Source of the DNA: Myxococcota bacterium
GTDB taxonomy: Bacteria > Myxococcota_A > Polyangia > Polyangiales > Sandaracinaceae
Reading direction: 5' to 3'
Length of the DNA: 48,882 nucleotides
Assembly (NCBI GenBank): GCA_036149055.1
Contig: JAYZQJ010000083.1
Coordinates: forward strand, 1 to 48,882
A model generated the notes under the pieces. That model saw nothing but the letters and a program-made list of their open reading frames with translations, did no database searches and was not told the origin of the DNA. The translations under genes and the position numbers were made by a program. This document shows positions 40,819 to 48,882 of this stretch, piece by piece; position 1 is the first letter of the stretch; every line of letters starts with the position of its first letter.

Positions 40819-42285
40819 TCATCGCTCGGAGAGGAACGCCCGGAGCCCCGCCCCGTCGGCGCCGGGCAGGAGGCGCGGCAGCAGGTCCTCGTGCCGGCCG
40901 GCCTCGATCTCCGCGAACGCCTCCCGCACGCCTTGCTCCCCCCGCGCGGCCAGGAGCCAGGCGAACATGGCGAGGCTCTGGTGGTAGGCGAGGCGGGCGT
41001 CGCCGGCGTCGTCGATCACGAGGAGCTGACCCTCGAGCGAGGCGAAGGGGATCACCGCGCCGCTCGCGGCCATGCGCCGCCAGGAGCGCAGGGCGCTCGC
41101 GCGGGGCGGGCCCTCGAGGTGCTGGGCGATGCCCTCGTTGAGCCAGTGGGGAATGCGCCCGCGCACCTCGGCGAGCTGCGCGTGGGTCGCCTCGTGCCGC
41201 ACGGTGCGGTCCCAGTCCGGCGCGGTGACGCCGCGCACGTCGAGGTGGAGCACGCCGTCGAAGATGCCGCCGCTCCACGACGGCGCGCAGGTGGCGCGGC
41301 GCATGTCCTCGCGGCTCGACCAGATCATCACCGTGAGCGCGTCGCGGCGGCGCCGCCCGATCATCCCCGCGGTGCGATCGAGCGCCTCGGTCAGCGCCGC
41401 CTGCACGCCATCCACCCGCTCCGCGGGCAGCTCGCGCCGTGGCCAGCGCAGCGTCACCCCGTCGAAGACCCGGCGCTCGAGCCCGCGGGCCATCTCCGCC
41501 CGCGCCCGCATGCGCGTCGCCCAGGTCTGCACCCGCGCGTCCTCCGGCACCAGCGCGAGGTAGCGCTCGGCCCGGGTCGCCGCGCCCTCGAAGTCACCGG
41601 CGTCGCTCGCCGCCCGCGCCGCCGCCAGCGCGATCGCCGGCTCGTCCGGCGCGATCGCCCAGGCGCGCTCGAGGGCCCGGCGCGCGTCCACCCGGCGGTG
41701 CTCCCGCTCCATCACGAGCGCGGTGTAGACCTGCGTCGCCTCGTCCTCCTGCGCCTCGCGATCGAGGATCGCGACGATGCGCCCGGCGGTGCGCGCCTCG
41801 TGGTCGGCGAGCGCGCCCATGCCCATGTGGAGCGCCCCGGCCACCGCCACGTCGAAGCCGTCCCGGTCGCGATCCGGCGCCGCCCGGAGGTGATCGATGG
41901 CGGCGATCGGATCCTCCCGCATCGACGTCAGCCCGGCCCGCAGCTCCGGCGACGCGTCGCGCGAGAGCTGCGGCAGCCGGTCCCGCAGCTCCTGGGTGCG
42001 GATGGAGAGCACGTCCCAGAGCGACGGCCGCACGAAGCCCGGCGGATCGGCCTCGTCCTCCGGGCAGCCGGGCGGCGCGCCCGCCGAGACCGGCGCGGGC
42101 GGCGGCGCGGTCGTGCTCTCGCGCTCGCGCGAGCTCGCCTCCGGCGGCGGCTCGACCGTCTCGAGCGAAGGCGGCGCGGCGGGCTCGGGCGCGGCGGCCG
42201 GGGTCGGCGCGCGCAGGAACGAGAACGCGAGCGCGGCCCCCGCGAGCACGGCGAGGACGAGCTGGATGACGCGCGCGCGGCTCAC
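40819..42285 (-). CDS. TPR + peptidase MA-like (gluzincin) domain protein, N-terminally anchored
   Basis: HEATH...IPHWLNEGIAQ; WSGGIFDG; AYHQS; TPR-like helices upstream. Confidence 0.85.
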   Translation of the reverse strand: MSRARVIQLVLAVLAGAALAFSFLRAPTPAAAPEPAAPPSLETVEPPPEASSRERESTTAPPPAPVSAGAPPGCPEDEADPPGFVRPSLWDVLSIRTQELRDRLPQLSRDASPELRAGLTSMREDPIAAIDHLRAAPDRDRDGFDVAVAGALHMGMGALADHEARTAGRIVAILDREAQEDEATQVYTALVMEREHRRVDARRALERAWAIAPDEPAIALAAARAASDAGDFEGAATRAERYLALVPEDARVQTWATRMRARAEMARGLERRVFDGVTLRWPRRELPAERVDGVQAALTEALDRTAGMIGRRRRDALTVMIWSSREDMRRATCAPSWSGGIFDGVLHLDVRGVTAPDWDRTVRHEATHAQLAEVRGRIPHWLNEGIAQHLEGPPRASALRSWRRMAASGAVIPFASLEGQLLVIDDAGDARLAYHQSLAMFAWLLAARGEQGVREAFAEIEAGRHEDLLPRLLPGADGAGLRAFLSER

Positions 42286-42321
42286 CCCCCTGGTATGGGG
42301 CGCAGGCCGTGCGAGCGAAAG

Positions 42322-42624
42322 TCACCGCGGGGCGTCGAGATCACCGGAGGCGCTGGCCTCGCCCCCGGCCGCCATCTCGGCGTGCAGGAGCAGCTCGACG
42401 TCGCACTCGATGCGGGGTTGCATGCAGCGCTCCATCACCTCGGCCCGCCGCTCCTCGCTGCAGCTGCGGGTCTCGCACGCGCGGTCGATCCGGGCCCGCA
42501 GCTCGAGCTCTCGATCGAGCTCTTCCGCCAGGTAGAGCTGCTCGAGACCGGAGCGCGGCTCCTCTGCGCCGCCACAGGCGACCGCGAGGGCCGCGAAGAC
42601 GAAGATGAAGAGCGTTCGCGTCAT
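42322..42624 (-). CDS. Small hypothetical lipoprotein (100 aa)
   Basis: MTRTLFIFVFAALAVAC lipobox; four further Cys. Confidence 0.65.
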   Translation of the reverse strand: MTRTLFIFVFAALAVACGGAEEPRSGLEQLYLAEELDRELELRARIDRACETRSCSEERRAEVMERCMQPRIECDVELLLHAEMAAGGEASASGDLDAPR

Positions 42625-42764
42625 GCGTCCGTTCCATCGCATGCGTCGGGCCAGCCCGATTTCTGCGGGGCCGCGGCGCGGAGTGCGGTGGATCTCCCCA
42701 CAGCTCGGGGGGCGAACCCGACAGGATCCTGGACGCGTTCCTGCCGAGAGGGGAGGATCGCCCC

Positions 42765-44369
42765 ATGCGCGCTCGCTCGCTCCTCTTCGGGTTCTTCTTG
42801 AGTTGTTTGGTGGGGTGCTACCAGTCCCACCCCGGCTCCACCGCCTCGTGCGGCGGCGAGATCTGCACGGACGACGAGCAGTGTTGCCCGACCTGTGACG
42901 CGGGCCCGCGCTGTCAGAGCCTCGATCTGCCGTGCCCGGACGTGTCGAGCTGCGAGGGCTGCGCCACCCACGCGGAGTGCGAGCCCGACCAGCGCTGCAT
43001 CTTCGACGCGGGGACCTGCGGTCCGCGCGGCTTCTGCTTCGACGCGCTCGACTGCAGCGGCGTCGGCTTCATCCCCGTCTGCGGCTGCGACGGCCGGGAC
43101 TACGAGAGCGACTGCGAGGCGCTGAACGCGGGCGCGAGCATCGCCTTCTACGGGATGTGCGAGATGGAGGGCTGCGGCTTCGGGCCGCCCTGCGGACCGG
43201 GAGAGCGCTGCTGCGACGAGTGCTTCGGCGACGGCTTCTGCGTGGGGGCCGACGAGCCGTGCCCCGACATCGACTGCCCCGGCTGCTTCACCAGCGACGA
43301 GTGCCCGCCGAGCCAGTACTGCGAGCGGCCGGACGGCCTCTGCGGCGAGCCGGGCACCTGCGCGCCGCGCCCGGTCGGCTGCGACGACGACTGCCCGGGC
43401 GTCTGCGGGTGCGACGGCGACAGCTACTGCAACGCGTGCAACGCGGCCGCGGCCGGGGTCTCGGTCCAGCACGAGGGCGAGTGCGACGACGAGCGCCCGT
43501 GCGGCTTCGCCGGCGTGATCTGCGACGAGGGCGAGTTCTGCGACGCCGCCGAGTGCGGCGCGCTCGACCTCTTCTTCTGCAGCCCGATCCCCGAGGACTG
43601 CCCGACCGTCGACGACCCGGTCTGCGGCTGCGACGGGCGCACCTACGGAAACGCGTGCCTGGCGAACGCGGCCGAGGTGGCGGTGGCCAGCCGCGGCCCC
43701 TGCGACACCGCGCGATCGTGTCGGGACGTGCTCCGCGCCAACCCGTCCGCGCCGAGCGGCGTCTATCCCATCCAGCCGCTGCCCGGCCGGCTCTTCGAGG
43801 TCTACTGCGACATGGAGACCGACGGCGGTGGCTGGACGCTCGTCTCCTCTTCGCGCCGGGTCGCGCCCGACGACGCGGCCGGCCCCTGGCACCCGGGGCT
43901 GACCGCGATCCGGAACGACGCGGTGGTCGAAACGATCTGGGACGGCATGCGCTCGGTCATCGTCGACCAGAGCGACGTCCGCTTCACCTGCGGCGCCCAG
44001 CGCGACCCCCGTCACCTGGTGGACCTCTCCTTCTACCGCGTGCGCTGGTACCGCGAGTGGACCACCGGCACCGACGCCGACAGCTGCTTCAGCGAGGGCA
44101 ACGGCCGCGGCTACGACCGACCGGCGCCGTCGCGCCGCGACAACGTCTCCGGCGCCGTGATCCCGCAGGGCGTCGACTGGGCCGCCGGCTTCCTCGAGGG
44201 CGAGGACAGCTGCGACTCCCCCGACGACTTCACCGTCGACCTGCGAGACCGCGGCATGGACTCGAACCAGATGGACCCCACCGACTGGGGCCGGGACGAC
44301 GACCAGCACAAGTGCGGCGACTCCCTCCGCGGCGAGGGCGCCTGGCAGGTCTGGGTCCGAGAGATCTGA
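42765..44369 (+). CDS. Cys-rich lipoprotein with three Kazal-like repeats and a fibrinogen-like YCDxxxxGGGW domain
   Basis: Lipobox LVGC; three VCGCDGxxY units; SCRDV...PSGVY.I...VYCDMETDGGGWTLV. Confidence 0.88.
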   Translation: MRARSLLFGFFLSCLVGCYQSHPGSTASCGGEICTDDEQCCPTCDAGPRCQSLDLPCPDVSSCEGCATHAECEPDQRCIFDAGTCGPRGFCFDALDCSGVGFIPVCGCDGRDYESDCEALNAGASIAFYGMCEMEGCGFGPPCGPGERCCDECFGDGFCVGADEPCPDIDCPGCFTSDECPPSQYCERPDGLCGEPGTCAPRPVGCDDDCPGVCGCDGDSYCNACNAAAAGVSVQHEGECDDERPCGFAGVICDEGEFCDAAECGALDLFFCSPIPEDCPTVDDPVCGCDGRTYGNACLANAAEVAVASRGPCDTARSCRDVLRANPSAPSGVYPIQPLPGRLFEVYCDMETDGGGWTLVSSSRRVAPDDAAGPWHPGLTAIRNDAVVETIWDGMRSVIVDQSDVRFTCGAQRDPRHLVDLSFYRVRWYREWTTGTDADSCFSEGNGRGYDRPAPSRRDNVSGAVIPQGVDWAAGFLEGEDSCDSPDDFTVDLRDRGMDSNQMDPTDWGRDDDQHKCGDSLRGEGAWQVWVREI

Positions 44370-44434
44370 GCCGTGGTTGACGGCGGCGCGGCTCCGCGCC
44401 AAAAGCGGGCATCCCCAGCCCCCGCGAGGAGCCC

Positions 44435-46423
44435 ATGACCGACGTCCGCCACGCCGATCTCGCCAACGCCATCCGCGCCCTCTCCATGGACGCGGTCCAG
44501 AAGGCGAACTCCGGTCACCCCGGCATGCCCATGGGCATGGCCGACGTGGCCACCGTGCTCTTCCGCGACTTCCTGAAGTTCGACGCGAGCGCCCCCGACT
44601 GGGCCGACCGCGATCGGTTCGTGCTCAGCGCCGGCCACGGCTCGATGCTCCTCTACTCCCTCCTCCACCTCACCGGGTACGAGGACATGACGATGGAGCA
44701 GCTGAAGAGCTTCCGGCAGCTCGGCAGCAAGACGGCGGGGCACCCCGAGCACGGCCACGCCAAGGGCATCGAGACCACCACCGGCCCGCTCGGTCAGGGC
44801 CTGGCGAACGCGGTCGGCATGGCGCTCGCCGAGCGTCACCTCGCGGCCCGCTTCGGTGAGCTCGTCGATCACCACACCTACGTGATCGCGGGCGACGGCT
44901 GCCTGATGGAGGGCATCAGCCACGAGGCGATCAGCTTCGCCGGGCACCTGCGGCTCTCGAAGCTCATCGTGCTCTTCGACGACAACCACATCTCGATCGA
45001 CGGCCCCACCGAGCTGTCGGTGTCGGACGACCAGTGCGCCCGCTTCGAGGCCTGCGGCTGGCACGTCGCCCGGGTCGACGGCCACGACCCGGAGGCGGTG
45101 AAGCGCGCGATCGAGGTCGCGAAGAGCAGCGACCGCCCGTCGATGATCGCCTGCCGCACCACCATCGGCTACGGCGCGCCGACCAAGAACGACACCGCCG
45201 ACGCCCACGGCTCGCCGCTCGGCGACGAGGAGATCGCCGGCGCCCGCGAGCAGCTCGGCTGGCCGCACGCGCCCTTCGAGGTCCCGGCCGAGATCCTCTC
45301 CGCCTGGCGCGCCATCGGCAGCCGCGGCGCCGCGGCCCGCGAGGCGTGGGAGAAGAAGCACGCCGCCCTCGACGCCGCCGCGCGCGAGGAGTGGGACCGC
45401 ATCCAGTCGGGCGCGGTGCCGGCCTCCCTCGCGCAGACCGTCGCGGACGCGAAGGCCAAGCTCTTCGCGGAGAAGCCCAAGATGGCCACCCGCGCGTCGA
45501 GCGGGAAGGCGCTCGACGTTCTGACCTCGGTGATGCCGGAGCTGCTCGGCGGCTCGGCCGACCTCACCGGCTCGAACAAGACCAAGACCAAGGCGATGGA
45601 GATCGTCGCGCCCGGCGCCTACGGCGGCCGCTACGTGCACTACGGCGTCCGCGAGCACGCGATGGCGGCGGCCATGAACGGCATGGCGCTGCACGGCGGC
45701 GTGCTCCCCTACGGCGGCACCTTCCTGGTCTTCACCGACTACTGCCGCCCCTCCATCCGGCTGAGCGCGCTGATGTCGCAGCGGGTCGTCTACGTGATGA
45801 CGCACGACTCCATCGGGCTCGGCGAGGACGGCCCGACCCACCAGCCGGTCGAGCACCTCGCGGCGCTGCGCGCCATCCCCAACCTGCTCGTCTTCCGCCC
45901 GGCGGACACCGTCGAGACCCTCGAGTGCTGGCAGCTCGCGGTGGAGGCGAAGCAGCCGAGCGTGCTCGCGCTGACCCGGCAGGGCATCCCCGCGCTGCGC
46001 ACCGACGGCGACCCGAAGGAGAACCGCTGCGCCCGCGGCGCCTACCTCCTGCACGCGCCCGAAGGCGGCCGCGACGTCACCCTGCTCGCCACCGGCAGCG
46101 AGGCCCACATCGCGCTCGCCGCCAAGGACGACCTCGCCGGCCGCGGCGTGAAGGCGGCCGTCGTCTCCATGCCCAGCTGGGAGCTCTTCCGCCAGCAGGA
46201 CGCCGCCTACCGCGCCGAGGTCCTCGGCGACGCCCCCCGCGTCTCCATCGAGGCCGGCCAGACCTTCGGCTGGCGCGAGTGGCTCGGCGACGACGGCCGC
46301 GCCCTCGGCCTCGAGAGCTTCGGCACCTCGGCCCCCTACGAGGACGCCTACGCCCACTTCGGCCTCACCGCCGAGAAGCTCGCCGAGGCCGCCCAGGCCG
46401 TCATCGCCGCCCGCGCCGAGTAG
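44435..46423 (+). CDS. tkt: Transketolase
   Basis: [65 protein letters not shown]. Confidence 0.97.
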   Translation: MTDVRHADLANAIRALSMDAVQKANSGHPGMPMGMADVATVLFRDFLKFDASAPDWADRDRFVLSAGHGSMLLYSLLHLTGYEDMTMEQLKSFRQLGSKTAGHPEHGHAKGIETTTGPLGQGLANAVGMALAERHLAARFGELVDHHTYVIAGDGCLMEGISHEAISFAGHLRLSKLIVLFDDNHISIDGPTELSVSDDQCARFEACGWHVARVDGHDPEAVKRAIEVAKSSDRPSMIACRTTIGYGAPTKNDTADAHGSPLGDEEIAGAREQLGWPHAPFEVPAEILSAWRAIGSRGAAAREAWEKKHAALDAAAREEWDRIQSGAVPASLAQTVADAKAKLFAEKPKMATRASSGKALDVLTSVMPELLGGSADLTGSNKTKTKAMEIVAPGAYGGRYVHYGVREHAMAAAMNGMALHGGVLPYGGTFLVFTDYCRPSIRLSALMSQRVVYVMTHDSIGLGEDGPTHQPVEHLAALRAIPNLLVFRPADTVETLECWQLAVEAKQPSVLALTRQGIPALRTDGDPKENRCARGAYLLHAPEGGRDVTLLATGSEAHIALAAKDDLAGRGVKAAVVSMPSWELFRQQDAAYRAEVLGDAPRVSIEAGQTFGWREWLGDDGRALGLESFGTSAPYEDAYAHFGLTAEKLAEAAQAVIAARAE

Positions 46424-46444
46424 TCCCGGTGCTAGAGTGGCAGG

Positions 46445-47288
46445 GTGTTTGTCGCGTCGAGCGGCGCCCTGCCACGCTCCATCGCTGCGCTCGCGCTGAC
46501 GCTCGGCGTGGGGTGCTTCGACCAGCACGGTCGCGGGCGCCCGGGCGACGGGAGCGTCGAGGGGGACTCGGGGCGACATGTCCGCGGATCGGCTCGACGG
46601 TCCTGTGCGATGCGCTCTGTGAGATGGGGTGTCCGCCTCATGCCGCATCTGCAGCGGGCGGTGGGCCGCGTGCCGGACGGACGACGAGCGAGGAACCGAT
46701 GACTGCAGCCGCCGGAGTGACGATGGCTACGCGCTGAAGTACTGCCTCGGGGGGCGGGTCTGCGCCCAGGACGAGGACGGCGAGCTCTGCGTGGACCCGG
46801 AGTACTGCCGCTGGATGCGGGAGCGTGAGGGGGAGCCGTGGGCGACGGCGGAGTGCGTGTACTCGGACGGCACGGTGTTCGTGGATGGGCCGCCGGACGC
46901 GCCGTGCGGAGAGGGCGCGCACCCCGCGGCGGGGTTCTGCGGTGGGCGGTGCGGGGACACCTGCCCGTCGGTGATCGCGAGCCCGGTCCTCGGGCCGAGC
47001 TGCTTCGGGCTGAGCGAGCACCGCGCGTTCGGGGTGTGCTCGCTCTCGCCGAACCCGCACTGCGACCCGTCGGGAGCGGCGGAGCGCCTGCGGGACTGCT
47101 CGGTCGAGGTCGCGGCCCGGACCGGCGGCATCATGTTCGAGCCCTGCGCCTGCATGAGGCTGACCCGCGAGCCGGGCGGCACGTTCCCCGAGCACGGTGA
47201 CCCGGTCTCGGCCCAGAGCTGCCTCGCCTACCGGGCGATCTACCCCGAGCAGGTCAGCTGCCGTGACGCGGAGTGGAACGAGCTCTAG
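46445..47288 (+). pseudogene. Cys-rich lipoprotein gene interrupted by two apparent -1 frameshifts (pseudogene or sequencing error)
   Basis: Signal and lipobox (LGVGC) in one frame, ATCPRIGSTVLCDALCEMGCPP in a second (~46572-46640), and CRICSGRWAAC...CRDAEWNEL in a third. Confidence 0.6.
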
Positions 47289-47414
47289 CGAGAAGCATGG
47301 TGACGCCCTGGTCAGGGTCGCCTGGAGTGCGGCCCGTGTGGTGCATGGCTCCGTAGGGGCGTGAGTGCGGGCGCCGCTCGGAACGGTGGCCTCCGCGTGG
47401 GCCTCTGGCCGTGC

Positions 47415-47975
47415 TCAACGTCGAAGCGGCAAGTCGAAGAAAGTGGGCGTCGACTCTCCCCTGGTGGTCGAGACGCAGTGAAAGAGAACCCGCCCAAACG
47501 CCGAAGCGGAGAGCGGCAGCTCGATGTGATGCCGACGGAGCGCTCGACCCGGACCGCCGGAAATCACGATGAGCCACAGTTCGTCGAGACCTCTCCCAGC
47601 GGCGAGATAGTCGACAGCCTTGGCCCCCTTTCTCTCGAGCAAACCGTCGAGGTTCGCCCGGAGGCGCTCGCTGTCTACGTCGTCGGAGCTTGCCCTCGGG
47701 CGAAACGACACCTTCAGTATCCGGGCCGCCTTGCCCAGATCCGCTGGTCCGAGAGCCGACCCGCCGCGAGCTGCGACCTGGAGGGCGCGGGCCACGTCGA
47801 GGCCTACCGAGACCGAAAATACCCTTGCGCCAAGGACCCTTCGCAACTCCGTCTCCAACTCGCTGAAGCAAGCGTACGTGGCGGCGACTCGCTCATCGGT
47901 GACGCTTGTGAGCTCCACGCCAACTATCCGGCCTCCGAGCTCGAGACGCACGTCAGGTCGGTTTCGTGCGCCCAT
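47415..47975 (-). CDS. Lower-GC hypothetical protein with a PD-(D/E)XK-like motif (start uncertain; ORF open to 48101)
   Basis: RPDVRLELGGRIVGVELTSV, KGAKAVDY, ELWLIV, FGRV; weaker GC3 bias than neighbouring genes. Confidence 0.55.
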   Translation of the reverse strand: MGARNRPDVRLELGGRIVGVELTSVTDERVAATYACFSELETELRRVLGARVFSVSVGLDVARALQVAARGGSALGPADLGKAARILKVSFRPRASSDDVDSERLRANLDGLLERKGAKAVDYLAAGRGLDELWLIVISGGPGRALRRHHIELPLSASAFGRVLFHCVSTTRGESTPTFFDLPLRR

Positions 47976-48291
47976 CAGCCCACCTCTCTGCCGTTGGCTT
48001 CCGGCCACCGAACGAGGCGCCGCGCCACGCGACATCCCTCGTTGACTTGCCTGGCCGTGCATTCCTGTTTGCCGGAGGGGCAACCAACGAGGGTTCCGCA
48101 CTCAGTGCAGCGAACGGCAGGGCACGGCACGCGCGATTGGCATTCGAGACAGGAGACGGACCAGTCTTTCTCCACCAGTCGGTGTAGCAGCGTCGACTCG
48201 AAGGCACGCTCGGCCGTGGCCCGCGTCCCCGGACCAGGGCGGCCTCGTGTGGCGCGCCTTCGGGGGCAGGAGCTGAGCCGCGAGGGGCGAG

Positions 48292-48882
48292 TCACGCGGC
48301 GCGACGGGCGGCGGGACCGGGGCGACGGCCCGGGTCGATCCGACCTCCCGCCCGGCGCCAGCCGACGGAGAGCAGCCAGGTCTCCGCGCGCTCGGCGGGC
48401 GAGGCACGGGAGGGCAGCATCGTCGAGGTCGTGCGTACGGCGCGCGTCCAGCCGTCGAAGAAGTAGCCGGAGCTGAGCGGGTCCACCCAGGTGGGGTCGT
48501 CGGGGGCGACCCCGTGACGGCGGGCGTTGCCGAGCACGTAGGCGATCGCGTTGCGGACGGCCCGGGGCGTGGTGAGCGCGCGGCTGTGGTAGCGGTCGGC
48601 GAAGACGGTGCCCTTGCGACCCATGGTGCGGTTGACCATGCGCGCGATGCGCACGCTGAGCCCCTGCATGCCGCGCGCGAGGAGCTCCGCGTCCTCCGCC
48701 TCGACCAGGAGGTGGAGGTGGTTCCGCTGGATGGAGAAGTGCACGATGCGCATCCCGCCGCGGGCGTTCGCCTTCGCGATGATCTCCCACAGCCGCGTCG
48801 ACAGCCGCCGGCCGCGCAGGCTCCAGATGCCGCGCATGACCTTCGACGTGACCAGCACCGGGTGCCGCGCCGCGAAGCGCTC
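48292..48882 (-). mobile_element. REP-associated tyrosine transposase (RAYT, Y1 HUH superfamily); 5' end beyond the window
   Basis: RHPVLVT, HFSIQRNHLHLLVEA (HUH), GTVFADRYH, AYVLGN (catalytic Tyr), DPLSS. Confidence 0.88.

Noticed and set aside
48199..48262. Inverted repeat CGAAGGCACGC/GCGCGCCTTCG downstream of the RAYT as its REP
   Set aside because: Only 10/11 bp with a 42-nt loop in GC-rich DNA and no second copy in the window; too weak to call

Overview
Very GC-rich (over 70% by eye) chromosomal window, most likely from a myxobacterium (Myxococcota, Polyangia/Sandaracinaceae-like). This is inferred from MYXO-CTERM-type tails, Cys-rich lipoproteins and a Ser/Thr kinase-TPR/PEGA module. 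About 37 real CDSs are present; most long ORFs in the supplied track are antisense or off-frame shadows. Left edge: probable left end of an IS66-like element (1-126), then a dense ~275-bp non-coding hairpin array. 489-17020: a long minus-strand run encoding a C-type-lectin lipoprotein, a TAXI-type binding protein, a Ser/Thr kinase module, a five-gene cluster, a fatty-acid desaturase and dodecin. The five-gene cluster encodes a surface-anchored PHB-depolymerase-family esterase, a double-HTH regulator, a lipase-like lipoprotein, an outer-membrane barrel and a KAS III/FabH homologue lacking the catalytic His and Asn. Middle: response regulator, molybdopterin oxidoreductase, DUF2760-Hsp70 pair, vWA/Ca-binding lipoprotein, three histidine kinases, maeB and a MATE transporter. 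Right: metalloproteases, a Kazal/fibrinogen-like lipoprotein and transketolase, then an accessory patch with a doubly frameshifted Cys-rich lipoprotein, a lower-GC PD-(D/E)XK-like ORF and a RAYT HUH transposase cut by the window edge. Best candidates for new biology are the esterase/porin/non-canonical KAS III cluster (8211-14495) and the palindromic elements at 181-454 and 8124-8194. No rRNA, tRNA or CRISPR array was seen. All family calls come from motif recognition, not database searches.
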